Of a stretch of DNA of 64,000 nt, positions 57,814 through 64,000 are shown in pieces; within the stretch, counting starts at the first letter, position 1, and the number at the start of each line of letters is the position of its first letter. Below the pieces are notes generated by a model. That model ran no database searches. It had not been told where the DNA came from and was given only the letters and a program-made list of their open reading frames with translations. The position numbers and the translations under genes are program-made. Origin of the DNA: an uncultured Peptococcaceae bacterium (GTDB taxonomy: Bacteria > Bacillota > Dehalobacteriia > UBA4068 > UBA4997); contig CANQPG010000005.1 of NCBI GenBank assembly GCA_947625705.1, positions 2,531 to 66,530 on the forward strand, given 5' to 3'.

Positions 57814-58719
57814 TTAATACCATGAGCCTTTACCACCCCAATAACCTGTTAGTTTCAACTCAAGCATACCACCATCATCATCAAAAGCTTGATAATAAAT
57901 GCTGCTATCAGCCAAATACCAGCAATCCTTCACCATATTATACAAATATATTTGATTACCTTCGCCATGTACAAATTGCCACTTTGCAACCAAATCGCCG
58001 GTGCGGTTATAAAAGCTGTATATTGAACCCAACAAATCAAGCGGAGTATACTTTGCAGGCGGGGCAACTTCTGCGCCTTGCCCCTCATATATCATGTATA
58101 TGCAGGTATTTATAATATCTTTGGTACGTATTGTTATGCACTGCTCCTCAGAAGATTTCTCTAACTTCATTGAATAAATAGGCTCGCCATCAATTGGTTG
58201 ACCCGGCAGAATAATTCTTACCACATCGGACTCATATTCAACCACACAATCAAGTTGTTCTGATAAGAAAGACAGCGGCAGCATGAGCTTTCTGTTTTTT
58301 AAATAGGGAACGCCACTCAATTCTTGCTCATACGTAAAATCCTTACATTCTAGCAGTTTTTGCAGAACAGATATGCCACTCTTCATATATGGCAATCTGC
58401 TCATTACCTGCATATAACGGCCTAGTGGTAGTTGAGGTAAGGATATTCTGATGGTTGCTTTTTGCTTACCACATACCAGTTCAATGCAACAATTGCTTTT
58501 GCTAATTATAAACACATCCCCATCTTGATGAAGATCTGCACCAATTTTCTTGGTAAGCGATTGTATTGGAACATAAATAAGTCCGTCATTCGTTTCAGGA
58601 GGCACGTCAAAATCCAATGCCTCACCATCAATACCAATATGCAACGCCCATGCAGGTGTTGCGGTATAAAACAAAATTATACTCAATATGACAGCAAACC
58701 ATAATTTTATTCTTCTCAT
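57814..58719 (-). CDS. Secreted protein with a copper-amine-oxidase N-terminal-like ('stalk') domain. Cassette 1, gene B.
   Basis: Signal peptide MRRIKLWFAVILSIILFYTATPAWA. The motif NDGLIYVPIQSLTKKIGADL resembles the CuAO-N domain signature (..yvPlR.la..lGa.v.w). It is AT-rich. Confidence 0.55.
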   Translation of the reverse strand: MRRIKLWFAVILSIILFYTATPAWALHIGIDGEALDFDVPPETNDGLIYVPIQSLTKKIGADLHQDGDVFIISKSNCCIELVCGKQKATIRISLPQLPLGRYMQVMSRLPYMKSGISVLQKLLECKDFTYEQELSGVPYLKNRKLMLPLSFLSEQLDCVVEYESDVVRIILPGQPIDGEPIYSMKLEKSSEEQCITIRTKDIINTCIYMIYEGQGAEVAPPAKYTPLDLLGSIYSFYNRTGDLVAKWQFVHGEGNQIYLYNMVKDCWYLADSSIYYQAFDDDGGMLELKLTGYWGGKGSWY

Positions 58720-58727
58720 TTTATTAC

Positions 58728-59864
58728 CTAAAATTTAATTGTATGTTTTTGACTAACTATACTTCCGGATGTATTACAGTTGAACGGCGGGAAATTAGCT
58801 GTACCAAAAATCTTGTTATTCTCCATCCAGCTATCTAATAGCGAAGAGTCCAAATCAATCATGTTATAATTACCAGACGTGCTGCTTTTACATAATTGTG
58901 TGTCATAATATTGAACAATTATTGTACCCAGACTGAGCTGCCCATCATAACCACCGTTATATCCCAATCCAGTTACACGCCCAGAACGCAGATTATTGAT
59001 TTCTGCATTGCTAAATGATTTTGCATAACCTAATACTATATACTGCATCTTACCATCAATATTTGTGCCATTGATATAATATTTCGCTTTTTTACTTGTA
59101 GATTCATATCTTAAGTTGTGCGTTATTGTAGTATTTCTTTTAAAACGCGTTGGCACATCACCATTGACATCTTCAAAATTTAAAGCCCCGCCATTAACTC
59201 TAATATATGGTGAATAGTCCAATTTAAGAATATTAAATTGGACCCCACCTTCCATATCAAAACCATTACCACTTAATATATTATAAATATATGGAACACT
59301 ACCATTTTCCGGTTTAAAATAATTGGTTGTCATGCCTATACTATATAGAGTTGGTAAATGAACTTTTGAAGTGATACCCATATATCCAGTTTTGGATACC
59401 TGCCTAATAAATGCTCCACTATCTTGACCAACAATTATATTTGCTCTCTCTGAGTCCGTCTGCATATTTTCTATTTCAACATTATAGTTCCCCAAATCAC
59501 AGTTGTCATAATTTAAGCTTCCAACATAGCCCTCTTCAGAAAAAACTCTCCCATCCTCTGTCAAATAATACACAAAAGCATTGTCAATAAGTTCTTTAAT
59601 AGCATTTTCTATATCTACAGCCATCGAAGTTTCCTGAACATTGATGGATTCCAAAAAAGCTTTTTGGTCAAGCAAGTTCATTTGCTTATAGTTTTGCAGT
59701 TGATACTCAACTTCTTCCTGTCTTAACTTGGCAATTTCTGTGACATAATCAATATCGTCATTTTCCTCCGCCGCCCAAGCCGGCATAGCAATCCCCAAAC
59801 AAATAATCAATGAAAGGATCATCGCTAATAAGCTTCTGCGTTTCATAAAAGAAACCTCCTCCAA
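58728..59864 (-). CDS. Secreted Asn/Tyr/Gly-rich protein of unknown function. Cassette 1, gene A.
   Basis: Signal peptide MKRRSLLAMILSLIICLGIAMPAWA|AEEN. This is almost identical to the signal peptide of 61192..62415. The mature part is divergent. RBS GGAGGAGG. Confidence 0.6.
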   Translation of the reverse strand: MEEVSFMKRRSLLAMILSLIICLGIAMPAWAAEENDDIDYVTEIAKLRQEEVEYQLQNYKQMNLLDQKAFLESINVQETSMAVDIENAIKELIDNAFVYYLTEDGRVFSEEGYVGSLNYDNCDLGNYNVEIENMQTDSERANIIVGQDSGAFIRQVSKTGYMGITSKVHLPTLYSIGMTTNYFKPENGSVPYIYNILSGNGFDMEGGVQFNILKLDYSPYIRVNGGALNFEDVNGDVPTRFKRNTTITHNLRYESTSKKAKYYINGTNIDGKMQYIVLGYAKSFSNAEINNLRSGRVTGLGYNGGYDGQLSLGTIIVQYYDTQLCKSSTSGNYNMIDLDSSLLDSWMENNKIFGTANFPPFNCNTSGSIVSQKHTIKF

Positions 59865-59867
59865 AAA

Positions 59868-60110
59868 TGTAAATAGTAACGATAAACATGGCTGATCTGC
59901 TCGCCAATCTAAGCATTTCTACCCCCTAACTCCCTCCTGCCCCTAATATGATTTCCGAGCAAAATCTTTGCCTTTATTTACCGTCCTACTTATATATTCC
60001 CGCAAAAGTCGATTTGGTGACATTTTTTGGCAATTTTTTCAAAAAAATTTATCATAATGACAAAAAAGTCAGATAGACCGTTAACGGCCTATCTGACTTT
60101 TATTATTGTT
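59868..60110. repeat. Island inter-cassette element, copy 2. It is ~240 bp and comprises a terminator, a promoter-like region and a conserved ~130-nt 5' leader of the downstream minus-strand gene.
   Basis: Aligns with 62435-62680 along its full length with few mismatches. Confidence 0.8.
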
Positions 60111-60207
60111 AACGATCAAACTGAATGTCCGACGAGACTAATCAAGCGAAAATGCAGCGCACTGTTATCTGCCTTTACAAATATTATATTATACCCCATA
60201 GTATTAG

Positions 60208-61176
60208 CTATTCTGATAAGGCTTTAAGCATAGTTTGCTCTCCGCCATCCAGTGGCAGCAGATATCTGCCATAAGTTTGCTGCATCAATTCCTCATCTTC
60301 GACAACATCATCTGATAACGCAGCTTCTGCTATCCCGTTAATCAGCACACCTTCATTCTTAACCCGCCAGTCCTTCGGCTGAGTGGTGTAACCGGTCAGC
60401 ACATACAGCGGTCCATCCTTCTTTATGGTTATGTTATATAGATAATCAGGATCGCCGAGCTGCGTTTTTTTACCATCAGTTAAATCAACGGCATATACGC
60501 GGTATTTATCGCCAAAGCCCATTTGCATTGCCAAATAATAGCATACCCCATCCTTTATCTGCCAATCTGTAATATTCCAATCAGCGGCCAAACGCCGACA
60601 TTGCCCGTCAGATTTAAGCTCCCAAAGGTAATCCGTGCCGGTTGTCCCCTCGCCCAGATGAACCGTCCGATAACAAGCCTCCTGCCCGGCGGCTTTCTTA
60701 ATGGGAGTGTATTTCATACCATCATAATATTGCCATTGCCCGGCAATATAAACAAAAGGAAAATCAACCTCAATCTGCTGCTGTTCTCTATTCCAATGAA
60801 CCTTAACCTCACATAAATTTCTTATCGCATAAAGCGGCAGATAAAGCTGATTGTTACGAATCAAAGGCTCTCTACTCTCATTCATTTCTTTGCCATCCAA
60901 ATACCATTTGCCGCCAGTCAGCTTAAAAACCGTAGTATCCAGCCCAGTGCTTACGGTAGCCTGTTTGTTGGCATTATCCCAGTCAATCGTCACGCAGCAA
61001 AGCTCAATAGTATCGCGCAGTGGTAAATACGCTGTTTCATTCTGAATAAAGGCCGTCAACTTGCCTGTTTCACCGTTAAAACTTATTGGACAAGTCGCCG
61101 TTGTTGCTGCCAGAACAGCCTGTGGCATAAAGCAAAATACTAAACAAATTAAGCCAAATGCAATTTTTTGTTTCAT
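60208..61176 (-). CDS. Secreted protein with a copper-amine-oxidase N-terminal-like domain. Cassette 2, gene B.
   Basis: Signal peptide MKQKIAFGLICLVFCFMPQAVLA. Motifs NETAYLPLRDTIELCCVTIDWD and NQLYLPLYAIRNL. Confidence 0.55.
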   Translation of the reverse strand: MKQKIAFGLICLVFCFMPQAVLAATTATCPISFNGETGKLTAFIQNETAYLPLRDTIELCCVTIDWDNANKQATVSTGLDTTVFKLTGGKWYLDGKEMNESREPLIRNNQLYLPLYAIRNLCEVKVHWNREQQQIEVDFPFVYIAGQWQYYDGMKYTPIKKAAGQEACYRTVHLGEGTTGTDYLWELKSDGQCRRLAADWNITDWQIKDGVCYYLAMQMGFGDKYRVYAVDLTDGKKTQLGDPDYLYNITIKKDGPLYVLTGYTTQPKDWRVKNEGVLINGIAEAALSDDVVEDEELMQQTYGRYLLPLDGGEQTMLKALSE

Positions 61177-61191
61177 AATAATCGCCTTTAT

Positions 61192-62415
61192 TTATTGTCT
61201 TTTAATATACATGGAAACTGTACCATTACCAATATTGTAATAATTATATTCCCCGTCACCATCATCAGAATATTCGAATTTAGAACTATTCTGTATTTGA
61301 TTATTAATAGCAATTTTATTAAAAATGCCAACATTATATGCCGGAGCAGTGCCACTGCCACCAATAGCAGTTACCCATTTATGATAATTAACACTTTCAA
61401 GATTATATACGGTGTTAGATTCCATAATACTTGTAAGTTGTGTAGGCCCACCATTGCCATTTCTATCAGCATATCTGGCCAAACCATAAGCTTTTAATAC
61501 AATCGAACCTTTGCTTCCCCAACCACTATTATCAATATCGACACTTTGATTATTGGGTACGCAAACTATTGTAATATCTTGACCAGGCATATAACCATTC
61601 ATATATGTTGCCTCTTGACGATTTGGCAGAAAAATTCCCTTTTCAGTGACTTTTTTGCCATTTGCCTTAGTGGCAGTAATCGTCATAAAACATTTCCAAA
61701 CATCTGTGTCAGGATTCTGATAAACTAATCCCAAATCTGCTTCAAGCTTACTAAACGCATCAGCAGAAAAGCCCCCAGAAAAGCCGCTATAAATATAAAG
61801 ATTCGAACTGCTCGCTGTCGCCGCAGATATAGTAGCGCTATCAGGCAATGTAATAACACACTGCGAAGGATTTACAGTGCTATTATAAATCTCCATTCTA
61901 GCATGATAGCTTACAGAGTTAGTAGCAAAAGGCATTTCTATCATGGGCATCTCGTTCAAAAGCTTTTGTGCATACATTTTTTGCATTTCCATTTTATCAT
62001 CTTCCGTCAGAAGAACAACATCCATTTCAGCCTGCATAGGAGAGTCGGCCGTCTGTTCATAAAAGAAAATTTCATCCGCGCCCACAAGGGTATAATTAAA
62101 TGTGCCTTCAGGTTTGCCGTTAGAATCAAAGTGCATATCATTTCTATACGATGTCATAGCTTTATTATATGCGTTGATAATATCGGATTGCTGCACTTCT
62201 TTATCCGCAGTAGAAGAAACAATATTTACCATCACCTGCTTATTTTCTCCGTTTAGGTTAATATTAGCATCTTCCAATACCTTGCTTGTTTCATTAGCAC
62301 CTGCTTTAATAGAGCAGCCATCGCTGTTAGTTTCCTCTGCCGCCCAAGCCGGCATAGCAATCCCCAGGCACATGACCAATGAAAGGATCATCGCTAATAA
62401 AGTTCTCTTTTTCAT
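61192..62415 (-). CDS. Secreted Asn/Ser/Gly/Tyr-rich protein, paralogue of 58728..59864. Cassette 2, gene A.
   Basis: Signal peptide MKKRTLLAMILSLVMCLGIAMPAWA|AEET. The first ~85 nt of the CDS are nearly identical to the cassette-1 gene and then diverge. Confidence 0.6.
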   Translation of the reverse strand: MKKRTLLAMILSLVMCLGIAMPAWAAEETNSDGCSIKAGANETSKVLEDANINLNGENKQVMVNIVSSTADKEVQQSDIINAYNKAMTSYRNDMHFDSNGKPEGTFNYTLVGADEIFFYEQTADSPMQAEMDVVLLTEDDKMEMQKMYAQKLLNEMPMIEMPFATNSVSYHARMEIYNSTVNPSQCVITLPDSATISAATASSSNLYIYSGFSGGFSADAFSKLEADLGLVYQNPDTDVWKCFMTITATKANGKKVTEKGIFLPNRQEATYMNGYMPGQDITIVCVPNNQSVDIDNSGWGSKGSIVLKAYGLARYADRNGNGGPTQLTSIMESNTVYNLESVNYHKWVTAIGGSGTAPAYNVGIFNKIAINNQIQNSSKFEYSDDGDGEYNYYNIGNGTVSMYIKRQ

Positions 62416-62434
62416 AAAAGAACCCTCCTTAAAA

Positions 62435-62680
62435 AATTAAATAGTAACGATAAACATGGCTGATCTGCTCGGCAATCTAAGCATTCCTACCCCCGAAGCT
62501 CCTTTCTGCCCCTAATATGATTCTGGGCAAAATCCTGCCTTTATTTACCGTCCTACCTATATATTCCAAAACAAGTGCGTTTGGTTACATTTTTTTGACA
62601 ATTTTTTCAAAAAAGTTTATCATAATGACAAAAAGGCAGATGGACCGTTAAAGGTCTATCTACCTTTTTGTCATTAAAAG
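62435..62680. repeat. Island inter-cassette element, copy 3 (~240 bp)
   Basis: Aligns with 59868-60110. Confidence 0.8.
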
Positions 62681-62716
62681 CTCACTAAGTCTTTTTTCTT
62701 TTTGGGCACCTGCAAT

Positions 62717-63622
62717 TTATGCCGCCGATGAGTATATTAAATGTTTATGCATCTGATTAAGCGTTGTGCGGTATGCTGTTTCATCAAATACATACCATTT
62801 ATCTGCGTTAACATCATACAATAAATTGCGGCTATCTTCGCCAAATTCGGGTTCTCCCTCGTACATATGAAACAACTGATAACTCAGCAAAGCCTTATCT
62901 GCCGGGATATCGTTTTGCGTCGGCATCTCCTGATAAAAATATAGAATATCAGTTAAGGCGTAGTAATCATAGACTGTAAAGGTTGATCCATAATCGGTTT
63001 TTGGCTCTGCAACCTCTCTTATCCTGCCAGAACTTAATGCTTCATATATTGGAGCAATATTGCTATAAAGATAGCGCGAACGAGACATCCCAAAGCCGTT
63101 TTCTGTTGTCATATAGAACAGGTTGTTTCCGTTAATCACTACCGGGCTACCAATAATATAATTAATAAAAACCGTCTTTTGTAGTGCGTTATAACTAATT
63201 TGCCAGCCCGGAATTGATTCTGCCAGAAAACGCAGCGGTACATAGGTTTTGCTATGCCAAAGATGGGCTGGAGCATCTAGAGCAATATTTTCTGGCTGTT
63301 TTCCAGGATAAGTTATTGTTGCCACTTTAGCGCCCAGAGATAATGTTATTACAGTGTCATTATAAGTCAACTGTATTGTCTTATCAGCATAACTTACATA
63401 GGCACCCATTTTCTCTGTAAGAGCGCGCAACGGAAGGTAGACGCGACCGTTGATTATTCTATAAGGAATTTCAGCAGTTATATCCTGACCATTTAATATC
63501 AGTTTGGTTTGAGTTGCTGTTGCTGTAATGGGCATTGACATTACCAATAAAACCAGCATAATGGTTGCAAAAAGCTTACGCACAATAGTCTCCTTATTTA
63601 TAAATCGATACATAAGAACCAC
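62717..63622 (-). CDS. Secreted protein with two copper-amine-oxidase N-terminal-like motifs. Cassette 3, gene B.
   Basis: Signal-anchor N-terminus. Motifs INGRVYLPLRALTEKMGAYVSY and SKTYVPLRFLAESIPGW. Confidence 0.55.
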   Translation of the reverse strand: MVLMYRFINKETIVRKLFATIMLVLLVMSMPITATATQTKLILNGQDITAEIPYRIINGRVYLPLRALTEKMGAYVSYADKTIQLTYNDTVITLSLGAKVATITYPGKQPENIALDAPAHLWHSKTYVPLRFLAESIPGWQISYNALQKTVFINYIIGSPVVINGNNLFYMTTENGFGMSRSRYLYSNIAPIYEALSSGRIREVAEPKTDYGSTFTVYDYYALTDILYFYQEMPTQNDIPADKALLSYQLFHMYEGEPEFGEDSRNLLYDVNADKWYVFDETAYRTTLNQMHKHLIYSSAA

Positions 63623-64000
63623 TTCGGTGAATATAAGAATTAGTACAATCTATAGTACCATACCATTGATTATTTTTCCAATTACTATATTCACTATATG
63701 AACTCCATGCTTTGGAGTTGTTTTCATAGTAGCGTTTAACAAATACATTAGCATATTTTTGATTTAACGATTTTGTACTTATATTACTACCATTAAAACT
63801 CGTCTTGCCAATAGAAGTCATCCTTTTTACGGATACACCATTAATATTTGCGTTATTAAATCCTGTATTTGCTGAATGTAAGTAATCAGGACCATACAAG
63901 TATGCTGTATAATTAGCATCAGCAGTAGATGATTTTTTTAAGAAGAAACTAACATCCTTAATAGTATCACCGGAGTAAAAGGGGAATTTTTCTGCATAAG
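63594..64000 (-). CDS. 3' part of a cassette-3 gene A (Asn/Ser/Tyr-rich protein). Its 5' end lies beyond the window.
   Basis: The minus-strand frame is open from 64000 down to the stop at 63594. The TTG/Met shown in the ORF track is internal. Confidence 0.4.
   Translation of the reverse strand, partial: YAEKFPFYSGDTIKDVSFFLKKSSTADANYTAYLYGPDYLHSANTGFNNANINGVSVKRMTSIGKTSFNGSNISTKSLNQKYANVFVKRYYENNSKAWSSYSEYSNWKNNQWYGTIDCTNSYIHRSGSYVSIYK

Overview
This window appears to come from a high-GC Firmicutes (Clostridia-like) chromosome, with a short low-GC island at its 3' end. Reading left to right it contains the following.

(1) The 5' part of a large surface-protein gene. It has a signal peptide, an AEP-rich linker, Ig-like domains and a prenyltransferase-like domain, and runs off the window start.

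(2) A complete phosphate-starvation module, pstS-pstC-pstA-pstB-phoU followed by a phoP/phoR-type two-component system, with a candidate Pho box upstream.

(3) The main find: an ~11 kb minus-strand operon at 9486-20610, driven by a perfect sigma-A promoter. It encodes two SipW-type (ER/archaeal-type) signal peptidases, three small secreted TasA/BsaA-like proteins that share a T-x-A|[KR]-Y processing motif, a membrane-anchored accessory protein, and a 2058-aa adhesin with LRR, acidic tandem repeats and beta-helix repeats. I interpret this as a SipW-dependent fibre or pilus-like system with a giant adhesin. That reading is inference from the sequence.

(4) Housekeeping genes: a GH3 hexosaminidase, a GNAT acetyltransferase, a standalone adenylation enzyme, an esterase, an HxlR regulator, a four-tRNA cluster (Val-Asp-Phe-Gly), nth, an MBL hydrolase, addAB, glyQS, recO, era, ybeY, a pgpH-like 7TM-HD protein, phoH, a BMP-type ABC transporter, alr, an acpS-nnr fusion, ygiQ, a metallophosphoesterase, pduL, thiamine pyrophosphokinase and an AI-2E transporter.

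(5) tRNA-Leu(CAA), followed by a low-GC island at about 57.2-64 kb. The island carries three tandem paralogous cassettes of secreted proteins (copper-amine-oxidase-N-like 'stalk' domain proteins) separated by a conserved ~240-bp element.

Several genes carry apparent single-base homopolymer frameshifts, which probably reflect assembly quality. All coordinates and functions are inferred by eye from the sequence and the ORF track. No database searches were run.
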